Part shown: piece after piece, positions 52,146 through 64,000 of the stretch
Layout: each line of letters begins with the position of its first letter
Numbering within the stretch: the stretch's first letter is position 1
Source: Marsupella aquatica
Taxonomy: Eukaryota > Plantae > Marchantiophyta
Direction of reading: 5' to 3'
Length of the DNA: 64,000 nt
Assembly (NCBI GenBank): GCA_973895155.1
Contig: OZ316893.1
Span: 8,743,839 to 8,807,838, forward strand
Translations under genes and position numbers: made by a program
Notes under the pieces: model-generated
Database searches by the model: none
Told to the model about the DNA's origin: nothing
Seen by the model: the letters and a program-made list of their open reading frames with translations, nothing else

Positions 52146-52325
52146 CTATCTAGGATCAGACAATCATTTCACAAAAGAATGGGCCATATAGTTTTATTAT
52201 CTAAAGTTCTGTATGCATCTATTGCGATTGATTCATCAATAGGAAAGATAGAATCAAAGTGATGCGGCGCTCTCTCATAAAGACACCTAATTGTTCATTC
52301 CTGTCGGGTATATAATATGCAGGTT

Positions 52326-52680
52326 TGTCACACCCAAGATTTTTGGCCTGTTGATTGGCCTTCTTCTTGGATTGTTCCTTCCAATGTTGAAATTCTTTTC
52401 AGAAATGATGATTGAATAACAATGGATAGGGAATCTCAAAGGAGAGATATCATAAAATAAATCAATGTATTGGGATTGGCAACCATATATAATCAACTTG
52501 ATATCTAATTACAATACTAGCTTGTCTGTCGGTTCTTTGAATATAAATAGAGGTTAGGGCACTACTACTCACGCTCATCAGACTTGCCCGAATCCCTCCT
52601 TTCTGTATCCCCACTTTTCGTTATACTTAAAGTTAAGGTCTAGATGTTTCATTGTAGACAGGAGGCCCAGGCCCTTGACA
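52326..52680 (+). mobile_element. Probable solo LTR (Gypsy-like), 355 bp
   Basis: TGTCA...TGACA inverted termini and an internal TATAAATAGAGG box. No matching TSD seen (AGGTT versus ACAGC). Confidence 0.5.
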
Positions 52681-54336
52681 ACAGCTTTCGATTGCTATTA
52701 TAGCATGTTCATCTTGAAACATGCCCTTCTTTTTGTCTTGTAGTGATATGTAATTCATCTAATTTATTTATAATAAAAGAAGACAATAGATGTAAAGTAA
52801 TTGCCAAGAAGATAATATATGTTAATTAAGAGTGAATGAGATAATACACTTAACTATAAGTACACATGCAAAGAAAAGCCCATAAAAGAGAAAGTTGAAA
52901 CGTATTGAAGAGTTGTGTAGATAAGGTACATATTTTCACTTGCTTCTAGGTAATGACAGTCAGCTCAATTAAAACCATAAATTTTGTGAAGAAAAACACA
53001 AGGGGAACTTAGTACACAAATGTGTACATTGCTCAAAATTATTTCTCTCACTCTCATGAGAAAGATAGAATTCACTAAGGAGTGATTGAAAAGTAAAGAT
53101 TAAACATTTATGAGGTGAGCCAAAATATATTCAAAATACTCTAATTTAACTAAAATTAAAATGAGTCCAAAAGTTAATTCAAAATCTAATTATTACAAAT
53201 GTTCCACCTTGTTAAGGCACATTAAAATCAAAATACTGGACACAAAATCTGAATAAGACAAAACATGAAAGTTGTATTCACCATATAGGAGTGTCAAAAT
53301 TTACCATTATATGGTCACTAGCCTGACTACCCTTGTTTGAAGGTAAATAGAGGTGAGGACTAAACAGAGCTAGGGAAAAAACATTCCCCACTAATTTTCA
53401 CATGAGTTGCCACCTAATTCCTCTTGTAATGTGCCTGTGGCCCCAATTTCATTTATGCCAGGTCAGAGTATAGAGATTCACTCTAGACAGTAGATTCAAG
53501 GGTAGGTTTTTATTGCAACTATATAGGTATCTTACTAGCTAGTAAATCGCAATCAAAATCTTTTTTTTAAGGTGATGGTCTAGAGTGAACCCTCTAGTAA
53601 GACTACGACTGGGGGCCTAACCAAACTTGGGGTGAGGGTGACAAGGGGGCAGTGGGGTGAGCTAGTAGGCACAGTGACTAAATTAAGGTTAAATGCAAGT
53701 ATGTGAATTAGATGGATTGAATGCAATTAGCTGAATGGGCAACCAATCGGTCTTGACATTCAATTATTGGGGATAACTAAAGCCGCCGTCTTTGCACTCC
53801 TATCTTCTTAACCCTACAACTCAGTGGTCATTTTGGGCAGGGGCCTTAGCTAGTGATCTGGGCTGTTTCCCTCTTGACAATGAAGCTTATCTATGACATT
53901 GAGGAGTAGCTGGTGCTAGGGAGTTGGCAATGGAGCTGTGTGATAGAGCTGGTGACTTGGGGAATGCATGGGAGATGCATTTTTTTGTCATCACCTTTAT
54001 TAATGTTTCTATTATTAATTAATGTTCAAAGAAGGGATATTTGGGCTAGTAGATAGATAATGGATAAAAGCTATGTTCTAGAGTGAAGCCTCTTACTAGA
54101 CTTGACTTGCTAGGGGCAGGGGCGTAAAGGTACCATCATGAGAGTGTCAACTGAAACTTTGTTTTTTGGTTCTCATCAATTATTGATCTCCAAAGCTACC
54201 TGCGTTGGACTAGACATTATATAGTATTTTTGTATCAAGTTTACTAGTGCTACTATATATATATGCTACTCTAGATACCACAAGAGTCATGTGCAAGCCA
54301 GGAAGGATGGAATTTCTCGGGAAAGCTCAAACCCTC

Positions 54337-54480
54337 TTATTTTTTTCTCATTTTTAAGGTCTTTCGAGTTTGCATTTTTGCCCTCTTCTTTTGAGTTTGG
54401 TGTTTTGTACTCTCTGTGGGCCTCTTTTGCTGTACTTTTGTTTGTACTTTTGTTTGACCCTTTTTAGTAATTTGGTCATT
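54337..54480 (+). mobile_element. 3'UTR-like fragment of the CRE-family element
   Basis: TGGGCCTCTTTTG...TTTGTACTTTTGTTTGACCCTTT resembles TGGGCCCTCTTTTG...TTTGTACTCTGTTTGGTCCCTTT at ~52078-52122. Confidence 0.4.
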
Positions 54481-56796
54481 TTTCCGCCCAGATGATGTAC
54501 TGTACTTTTTTGGGCATTTTGAGTACATTGTTCCTTTTTGGCCTAGATGCTGGTGATAGCCTTTTCTTTATCCACAGTACTTGCGTATGTGTACATTGCT
54601 CCCACATAATGATAGAGGCTGTCATTATGTTTGAAAAGGAGCCACAGAATTGTCTCTGTGCATTCCAGAGCATTCGTGAAGTGAATTAAAGTAAAGGTCA
54701 TCTGCAGAAATAAGCACTTGGGCTCTTGTTGATTGATAGGAAATAGTCGAATGACAAGCTGAGAATTGGATCGATACTTACAAGTTAGAAGAGTTGTAAA
54801 TATTGAAATGGTGTCGAAATACATGGTGCAATTCCCTTGCTACAGTTTCTGCGTGACTGGCGTTGTAAGGAAATATCGTGGTTTTTAGTCGTCAGGCAAT
54901 GCGGATCAACTGAGTTGTGTTCAAATGAAACTAGTTTTCGTACCCCATAGTTCCAGACAATCCACAGTGCAAGCAGCATGATCTTGAAACCAAGCACAGC
55001 TTGTGAGCATGAGTATGAGTTCACGACCTCTTACTCCACCAACTCCTTTCATTGTACTGAACTCGATTCCCCTAGTTCGGACAAATGATCCTTGCATTGA
55101 GCAGGGTTGTGCACTCAGTAGGATGAGCGGGAATAGTTGATCCAATGGAACAGGATATGCAGTTGACTACGACTTGGCTTCACTACCGCCAGTGTCACAG
55201 AACTGGGCACTTACGTACCGGCTGTCTAAATCATTGGTGATAGATAAATTTTCCTGTAGATGATCTTGAATTCCTGAAGTTGGTGTAAATTGTACAGATA
55301 CTTCCAGCTTTCAAGTTCTTTGGAGCGAGAAGCACCCATCACCCAGCTTGATCGCGCGAAGTGTTACTAGTGCCAGGTGCAAGGGCGCTGTCTATGGATT
55401 GCAATGAAACCAAGGACCGAAATAAGTGTGATAATCCAAGAACCTCCATCAAGGTCTCGCTAGCTGGACAATTTGATCACGAGGTAGCAAGAAACAAAGA
55501 TTCCTTCATGAACAGAAGCGACCGATTAGTAAAAGGACATTCCTGCGAAAAAGGGAACCGTGCACAATAACTGTATTTGCCCTTATTCAAGAGACTGACT
55601 CTTTCGAGATCGATTCTAAAATCATAAGTTCCCAAGCAGTCTGGTAACCGGCAGTACTCATTTCACATACACCTTTCACATACATTCTTACTCTGGGTAA
55701 CCAGTGCATAAAAGTCTACATTATATCTTAAAGAATTTTAAATTATCAGGCTCATCTTGTTGCCTCACCCTAGGGGGTGAAAAAGTATATCTACGTTCAC
55801 CAAAACTAACATCTGAAAATATTTAATATCTCTCAAACGATTACCGAAATATCTTTTTTTGAGGTGAAAGATCCTATGATGAAAAGAGAATGGGAGAGCC
55901 TTCACCCAGACAAATGAGTAGGGGCAGCTTAGGGGAAGGTCGGGGGGGGGGGGGGGGGAGGTCCCCGTTTTATAGCGGCAGCTGGGGTTAAATTAAGTGC
56001 ATTGCTGACATGCAGTTGGGAAACTTATCGTTGCCACGCTAGCTTGTGAAATGGCTTTCCCTTTGGAACCTGCCTCTATGACCGTCATGATGTAGCCAAA
56101 TTTTGTCTGCCAAATTGAAAGCGACGGGCAGTGTTACATTATACACAAATTCTAAGCTGACTGAGAAAGACGTTTGTATTTTTCCAATTCTGCAGTCAGT
56201 GCTGCAGCTAATTTCTGGGGAGACTTCTAACTTGTGCATATGATGACGAAGTGCTGATCAGCTGCCGAGAATTCTCACGCAGGTGATGTGTATATTCCAT
56301 CAGTGTGGTCAAGATCGGTGCTCACAAATTTTCCCTCTGAAGTAACTGCAAGTCAGATTAATCATTGTACCCTTGATCTGTTTCACACTAAACAACTGAA
56401 TTAAATCAAGTATCAATAGCTCTGCATCACTGATCATTATAATAAGTGGACTCCATCAAACTTTCAGCAAGTTGGATCCGGCAGAATTATGGCGACACAT
56501 GAGTTCCATTGGCCAACATTTGCAGCTCAGATGACGTTTACACGATGGAACCCAACAAGCCACTAATCTTCAGAAGTTGGATGCACTGTTATTACTATCA
56601 ACAGAAGCCACATTACAGGAATGACAACAACTCAGTGGATAAATTAATACAATTCAAACTCTCCCAAATACTTATTTCAGATCAGTACCATAGCCATAGT
56701 AAGTCTCGATCTCTCAGATGAACCCGTACACGGAAATAAAAACGGCATACGTCGTAATCATGATTATTTTGATTCTTGCCTACCTGACCATGTCGG

Positions 56797-56900
56797 ATTG
56801 ACGTGTCCTGCGTGGCACCCTGAACGCCAGCTGCGGAGCCTCTCAATAAGTTTGACAAGTTTCTCAAGTGGCATACAGGGAGCCAGGCAGAGACGGCATT
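56797..56900 (-). ncRNA. MIR160: MIR160 precursor hairpin
   Basis: Minus strand 56889-56869 reads UGCCUGGCUCCCUGUAUGCCA, the canonical miR160. The 3' arm 56829-56809 (UGGCGUUCAGGGUGCCACGCA) pairs at 18 of 21 positions, including one G:U. Predicted miR160* is 56827-56807. The arms are 39 nt apart. Confidence 0.95.
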
Positions 56901-59681
56901 ACGCATGGTACGGATCCAACAGTCTCGTTCGAACCAAATGCATATTGCTTGTACAATCTTGAATCTCTTGAATCCTTTGATACAACCCGCTCTCCAGACT
57001 TAGCTAACTTTCTCCAACCGCTTACAAAATCGGCTGAGCTCTGAGCCGCAAGCGTTCACCTCAATAGACAGCCTTGAGACAAGGAGCACCGCATCCTTGC
57101 ACACAGCTGATCCGATACTTCATCCTGCTCCACGCCATTCATCCACATTTCCAAGATGATTGGATCGAGCCCCGTCACTCACCTGCAGCTTGTCAGGTCA
57201 ATCCCTTTGGCCTGGACTCTACAACTAATAATGATATATTCATTTGCATGATCCTTCACTATGCAGCTCAACGTTCGACACGGAGCTGAAAAATCAGCAA
57301 TGATTTTCCGTCCCATGCAGTCTGACGCCTAGATTAGACAAACTGTTATAGTCATCAATTTGCTTCACCGATCCCAGTCGTTCTCGCTTCCACTGAATTT
57401 TACAACGGACGCCGACCTGGGGACCTAATGATGAGCTCCACATATATGACATCAATGCCGCTGATCGAGGGAAGAAAGCCGGAGCTCGAGTGATATATCC
57501 CGAGAGCTACCCTACCAGAGTCAACGACACCACACGTCGATCACTGCACTACCGTAAGCATTGGCAGCATGAATTTGACTCTCCCGCTACACTCATAACT
57601 AATCATTGTAGATACAAGGGAAGTCGGACTTTCTACCTGTCCTGGCGCTTTCTATCTATGTTTCCCTTTCCTCCGTATATTAGCCGCGTGACTTCACAGT
57701 CAGACACGTTACTCGGGTGTCACAGAAACCGAACGACCTTTTCGGCTATAAAGGAGCCGCAACTGCAAAATCTAGATAGCTCGTCAACTCCAGGCGGGCA
57801 CGCGAGTTCGCGACGTCTCAATCACATGCGCATAAAGTGCGCTTGCTTTGGAACACCTGGAGAAGTTCTCACGCAGTCACGCGTTGATGTTGCGGAGTGT
57901 GACGGCCTCTGTGGCAGCAGCACCACTAAGGGCAACAGTGCCAGTGCCGCTCGTGAGTCGCTACGGGTGACTAGTGTTCGTGAAGCTCAGGTGCTTGCAA
58001 GATTCAAGCAAACAACTGATTGCCACTGATAATCCGAGTGCTGAACCAGGCACGGGGCTCCTGGCTCGACCTCCGAGCCCACTTTCACGCATTTGCAGTG
58101 AGTTGCTGTCATGAACTTATAACATTCATCTGAGCCAACACAATGTTCATGATTGCCAGTCAGCCAGCGAGCCTTTGTCACGGTTGGAATACAGAATTAT
58201 TCCAAGGCACTTGAGTGTTTGCTTCTCGACACATTTGAAGTAAATGCAAAGGAAAGCAAACACCAAGGTTTACAGGCGCAAGGATCGTCATTCGGCACGT
58301 GGAGGGACTTTGTACATAACTTGGACTAAAACTATGCTGTCTTCCACTACCTATGTCTGTCCCACATTGGGCAACTTTTTAGGGTAGGCGGGCAAGCTAG
58401 GGACTAATCCAAAGTCTAGCAATTAAAAGAACCAGTGAGTACAGTCCAAATTTATGAACCTAAGGTTGGCAAGCGAGCACATGACAGCAATTCAGCTGGG
58501 TTTCTGTAGAAAATCTCGATGTATTTGCAATCGAGTTGAATAGAAGCAAAACAAAACTCCCTGGCTTGAGGAGTTGGACCACTTGAGGGCAACGACATTG
58601 CATCGGAGTCGATCCCCATGCCATGAGAACTAATTGAACCGAGGCTGTTGGTATGGATGCAATCTACAGAATAAATCTAGTGCAGGGATAAATAGGTACT
58701 CGGACCCCTTGAGACCTGGTATTTTAAATTCAGAGTCAGTCCATTGTTTGGCACATGTAACGAATGTCACAACGTAGGATGATGGACGCAGCCAGTACGT
58801 GGTAGAGGTTGACATATCGTTGGGATCAAAGCTGCCAGCCAAAAGCAAGCCCGCGCCGGCAGATCTGATCTTTGAGTCAGCCGTCACTATGATCCCCCAA
58901 TCTGATCGCTCAACATCAGACCGATCGTCCATTCCGCGTTGCAAAAGCGAAACTCGATCTGATCAACAGCAGACTCCAAAACAAGCAATGTGCAGAGATA
59001 TTTGACCGAAAATCTAGGATTCAGACAGACCAAGAGCAATATGAAGATTGGGCTTACTTTCTAGGACTGTATAGGCCGGACAGGTCTGCTAAGTCTATAA
59101 CAGATGCATGGACTTCTGTAGGTAGCATGCCCTTACTAACAAATTCTCCGGTTCTACCTACTACTCGAACTGCAAGTGCAAGTACGGTTTTGGAACAGTA
59201 TGATCATTGTCAATTATTTAGCATTTAAGCAAATGAGTTCAGTTTATAACAAACCCCTCGAGTCGTTAGGATTGCAAACACTCCCGATCTGCCGCTGTAG
59301 GGAAACCTTTTCCCCCCATCTTTTTCTATTAAAAGTAAGTAGCTAAGCCACGACACTGGGCTGGAGTACCTGGGAACCGAAAAGATACACCTAAGATGTA
59401 TATCTGACATCTACAGCCCTAGAGTTGTAGACTAATCAGAGTAGCTGGAACACCTGTTGCAACCGACTGATTTGTGTAACCCAGCAGAGGGAGCACACAT
59501 GGGCGAACGAAGTGCTTGTCAGCTATGGAGTGTCTGAGTGTCACCTGAGCCTTAGAGTGGCAGCAGGTACGTCCTACAATGGCGATTCCCAATTGGGCAG
59601 GCAGACGACAATTCTGCTGGCCCTGTCTGCCCCCAGTCTCCCCTATCCAGCCGCCCTCTCCATCGGCTCCCCTCGAATTCT

Positions 59682-59758
59682 GGGATTTTCATTTCAATTC
59701 AACACCCCACGTCAGACTAGGATTTTCATTTCAATTCAACACCCCACGTCAGACTAGG
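59682..59758. repeat. ~38-bp tandem duplication
   Basis: GGATTTTCATTTCAATTCAACACCCCACGTCAGACTA x2. Confidence 0.9.
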
Positions 59759-59979
59759 AACGACTAGCCCTACCAATGTCACTCCACCATGCATCACCTT
59801 CGATTACATAGCACTACATGTTCAATTCAAGAACTCACTTATGGCTAGGAGTGACAAGCTCTACCAATGTCAAGTCATAACTTACTCACAAGCCTCCATG
59901 ACCTTCCAATATATTGGACTGATGTAAAAAATAAATTCATCTTATTTTTTTCTCATAAATACATCAATTCAACCCTGGT

Positions 59980-60130
59980 TTTGAATCTAGATATCTAGTT
60001 TGAAATAAATTGGTTCTAAATCTAGATATATTATATATCTAAGTATCTAATTTGAAATAAATTGGTTCTGAATTTAGATATATGATATATATATATATTT
60101 AAGTATCTAATTTGAAGTATATATTCTAGA
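59980..60130. repeat. AT-rich degenerate tandem repeat
   Basis: TATCTA(G/A)TTTGAAATAAATTGGTTCT..AT.TAGATAT units x2-3. Confidence 0.6.
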
Positions 60131-60589
60131 ATGCTTAAAAAAATTTTACTTAGTAAATTCTAACTAAACATGACTAGAAATTTTAAAGTGTTTAGAACAT
60201 TTAAAACTGTCTAAACATTTGGTATTTTTGAATTAGATATGATTATAATATAAAATATTGAAAATTGTTCAAAAAACCTAGTCATAGATTGAAAGAAATA
60301 GAATCAACAAAATTACTGCAAAAAATAAGTTGCCTCAGATTGAAGTACACCAATGGACAGGGAGATTGGTGGTCTAATATGAGACAACTTATGGTCACCT
60401 AATCTGAGACAACTTATTTTTGCAATAATTATTGTTGATTCTATTTCCTCGAACTCCGCCCAAGTTTTCTGAATAATTTTAAATACCCTCAATAATTTCA
60501 TATCCTGATCAAGTTCACTCCTAGATAACACCATTTCCCTTAACCCAAAAGCTCATCATTTCTCCAGGATCCAAAAGCTCAGTCATAGC

Positions 60590-61025
60590 TCATCAAGCAT
60601 GTCATGCACTATTATATCTATGTACTAGAATTTAGTGGTTACACTATTACATCTATATACTACAACTGGACCTGGAGAAACTCAGACATATATGGAAGCA
60701 GAAACTCAGTCTTCAAGCATGCCAAACAAGCACTATTCTATCTATGTATAAGGTAATTATCTACCTGTATCCTACATACAGTCATCCAAGCATGCCATGC
60801 GCTATTCTATCTATGTATAATTTAATTGTCTATCTATATCCTGCAACGTGATTATCTAGTCATCAAGCATGCTATGCACTATTCTATTCTATCTATATAT
60901 AACTTAATTATCTACCTATATCCTGCAACGTGTTTATGTACCTGTATCCTACAGAGGTCATCAAGCATGCCATGCACTATTATATCTATCTATAACGTAA
61001 TTATCTATCAGTCTATATCCTGCAC
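60590..61025. repeat. Degenerate tandem repeat, ~5 units
   Basis: Recurring CATCAAGCATGCCATGCACTATT(A/C)TATCTAT...TAATTATCTACCT.TATCCT.CA. Confidence 0.75.
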
Positions 61026-64000
61026 AGAGAAGCACAGGCATGAACGACCGCCTGTAGCAACGCTAGCTACAGTCCTGGCCCAGTGGGGATGTGGGTCTTT
61101 TCGAAGCAACGGTGTACGTTGTTCTGTCTGACGCCAGGGTGGTTGGTTGCGCATGCCTCGGAGGCGATGGTTCAGGTGAAGTGAGAGGAGGTGGGGTGGA
61201 GTGAGGCGGGAACTGTGAACGGCTCCTACTGTAGAACTCTCCAGATCCACGGCTTGTTAGCCAGCAAGTTTCATAAGCGAACCGAACAAATTATAGGATC
61301 CGCTCAGGTTCCGAGAGAAAAATTAAATTACTTCACTATGGGGTCCACATATATATAGTCCGTCGTTTCAAGACAATTAAAATCACATAAACAAATGCTC
61401 TATGGATTTATTTATTCTTCTCGAGTGCCGAGTCTGCGGCCTGTCGAAAGTGAGGTTCTGGAGTTACCCCAGTATCCAACCCAAGAGAACTCCCGGACAT
61501 TAGAAGGCAGCATGGAAGCCACAACAAGTGCTATACAACTTACTGTGCGAAACGTGAATCAATCCGGACGTTATGATATGAGTTGATGGTCTGGGTAGCG
61601 ACCATATAGTGATCTAAGAATGCCCTAGTTTGTACCGTGGCTCGAGGCAGCACGGGATCGTTGAGGGGTCACCTTAACTTAACAGCAGGTGGTACAACAC
61701 AAACTTGTCCCCTAACGCAGTCTGACCAATATGCAGATCATCGCTACTGTACTGATCGCGAATTCATCATTCTCCACCCTGAATCGGGTGTTAAAAGCAT
61801 CTACTGTACTTCGTTGCGTCCAGCCGACCTAGGAAATCACATCGTAGCTAATACCTGAAGCAAATTTGTTGAAGTGTCCAAATAGAGATATATAAGCGCT
61901 CTTCTCCTCACAGACCCCTAGCTTCCTGCAATTTGACAATAGCTCCGTTACGATACTTGTCTTGTGGGCAAGCTAATCATTTTGTACAACAGGCAGGGGG
62001 TATTATGGATCACAGTGACAATGGACAAAACGCCCAACCTAACGCCCAACCTGGAGACAGGGTCCCAATGGCAAATCAACCCAACAAAGAAGAAGAAGGG
62101 AAGAAGGGAAGAAGAAGGGGAAGGGACTCAAGAAGACCAAAGAGGTACAACAAGCCGTGCAATCCCCCACAACAACAAAGGAACAAAGACAAAACAAAAA
62201 CAGGCCGGGCGTATTCCTTGAGTGGTGGGCCGATCCAGTGTGACGGTTGCTCCAGTTTAGGGTTTAGGGTTTCGATTCTCGAGGAGGAGCTGGAGCAGAT
62301 TGCATTGCAATCCACGACTTAGTATACGGCATAAACTGGTCTAGTTCGAACTCTGGAGCAGACAGTTACTGTATCTGAGGCATATCTGAGGCATGGCATT
62401 GAAACAGCCATGTCATTGAATCCAGCATAGTATTCGGTTAGATTTTCCTCAAGTTGCAGTCTGCCCTGCCCTGCCTAATCTCTATGTAGATATGCAGCCG
62501 GAAATAATGTCCAACGTACCTTCTAGGTGAACTGACCAAGCATGCCTGATCATTTGCCAATTGTCTGGAGATACTGCGCATGTAGAGCAGGTCTATGGTG
62601 ATAATCAGTACATGCGAAATCTCCATCGTCGTCATTGTACAATCCTACCTGCCATTCTGAATCCTTGGTATCATGGGGTTTCGATATTGGAGAGCCGCAT
62701 GAGCTCTCAATCTTTCATTGATATCTTTTAAGATTTCAATCGCTTTAGCCAGGCTGTACCTATCAGGATCTACTATCTGACGAACGTATGTAGACCCATT
62801 GCTCAAATCAACTGTTCAACTGGATCCTTCATCAAGTCCTTCCATCATTCACGCCGAAACCATATACACGATCCATTCGAAGTTTTCAAGTTAGTAGACT
62901 TTTGCGCACTACCATACTACTTTATGACAGTAACGCAGGGAGAAAGTTCGATTCGAAATAATGATCAACCACATCTGCGCTGCTGACCCGTGAGGCCGCT
63001 TTTTCCTTTTTGTGGAGCAGGACACGAGATCTAGAGTACTGCCAGAATCCAGCACATGGTAGGCTAAAAGGTCTACTCACAGTTAGCCTCGTCGTCCAAA
63101 ACCTATTTCACGGATCCGGCTGGCCGAATTGAGGGAGGACTACAAGATCGTATGAGATTCTAAATCAATCAATACTGTCCCGAAACGAAGGTAGCTAGCA
63201 GTTGAGCGGCTCAAAGCGGATGTGGCAATCATACGTATCAACCCTGGAGCTTGCAGATTGGAAGGATTCATCACTGTTCGTCAAACGCGAGCATCTAAGC
63301 TAGAGTTGATCTTCTGAATGAGTCAGTGTACTTCATTATCCAGGACAGGAACATGGAGTACAGGACCCAACTTCGAGGTCTAGCTAGAGGTACCGGATCA
63401 TACGTAAGCAACTGAGTTGCAACGAGAAAGATGACCATGACGACCTGATTACTCCAACGACAGGCACCTACATATCATGGACAGCAAGAGAGAAGGGGAA
63501 GAGGAGCAAACGAAATATCTAAATCATTCACAGGTGTATGGTCTCCTTCACTTCTGAGTAAAACTTCCTGTTCGATACAAAACAGAAAAATCTATAAATC
63601 AATCATGATCACCTGTCTTGATAAGTGAGTAAGCTACAGCAGCTTCTGTAACCACTCAGAATCTCTCGATTAGATTACTCCTGCACATTGCACACTCAGC
63701 TATTCTCGAAGAGTGTCTGCATGCCATCTGATGAGCTGTCTATACCGAGCTTCAGTCTAGTACTAGTTACGCGTAGGTACAGGAAGGGCACTCGCAGTCC
63801 CTGTCTGTCTGTCGGAGGGTCAGTCAGTCACGGGCGCACCATCCGATGGTACCTGTAGTGTTTGTCGACGAAGGATGCAATTGCGTCGATCTGAACAAAG
63901 GCGTTTCGAAACAAGATGTCCGTTCCCGAGCCTCAACTCGCATTCAGCACGAACGCCCTAGCCTCGATCCGTGTACAACTCTGCAGCAGCAGCAGCAGCT

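Noticed and set aside
54900-55145. Possible second miRNA hairpin (GGATCAACT / AGTTGATCC)
   Set aside because: Pairing does not extend beyond 9 bp.
56869-56889. Plus-strand GGCATACAGGGAGCCAGGCA (GIQGAR) read as the miR160 target site of an ARF gene
   Set aside because: There is no ARF coding context (no B3 or ARF domain exons) around it, and a complementary star arm nearby shows it is the MIR160 gene on the minus strand.
57095-57114. Partial match to miR536 (AGCTGTGTGCAA on the minus strand)
   Set aside because: Only ~12 nt match, the 5' half mismatches and no hairpin partner was found.
57490-58029. 179-aa plus-strand ORF
   Set aside because: GTG start and no domain or compositional signal. 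Probably a chance ORF in the MIR160 upstream region.
61933-62850. 129-aa low-complexity ORF (+), TTTAGGG x2 at ~62257-62272, and a ~55-codon open stretch on the minus strand ending at a donor near 62649
   Set aside because: No recognisable homology or consistent exon chain, and two telomeric units are too few to call an interstitial telomere.

Overview
Eukaryotic nuclear DNA from a land plant. GT-AG introns, long intron-containing leaders and the transposon types suggest a bryophyte or liverwort, but that is inference. I could assemble five spliced protein genes by hand: (1) a 3-exon, 130-aa secreted sulfopeptide precursor (6013-8285 +) that the ORF track misses, with a phytosulfokine-like precursor scaffold but a PSY-like DY peptide; (2) OEP61/TPR7 (-); (3) gluconokinase (+); (4) nicotinate phosphoribosyltransferase (-); (5) the U3 snoRNP WD40 protein RRP9/YAO (+). 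A MIR160 hairpin lies on the minus strand near 56.8-56.9 kb, within what looks like a spliced non-coding transcript. A transposon island at about 43.5-54.5 kb holds a full-length CRE-type non-LTR retrotransposon (RT plus restriction-like endonuclease) with a 9-bp TSD, disabled by only two C>T nonsense changes. The island also holds an older decayed copy, a tRNA-derived SINE, a Copia gag relic and a probable solo LTR. Elsewhere there are a solo LTR with a TSD, L1 relics and many local tandem repeats. Exon boundaries were read by eye and no database searches were run.
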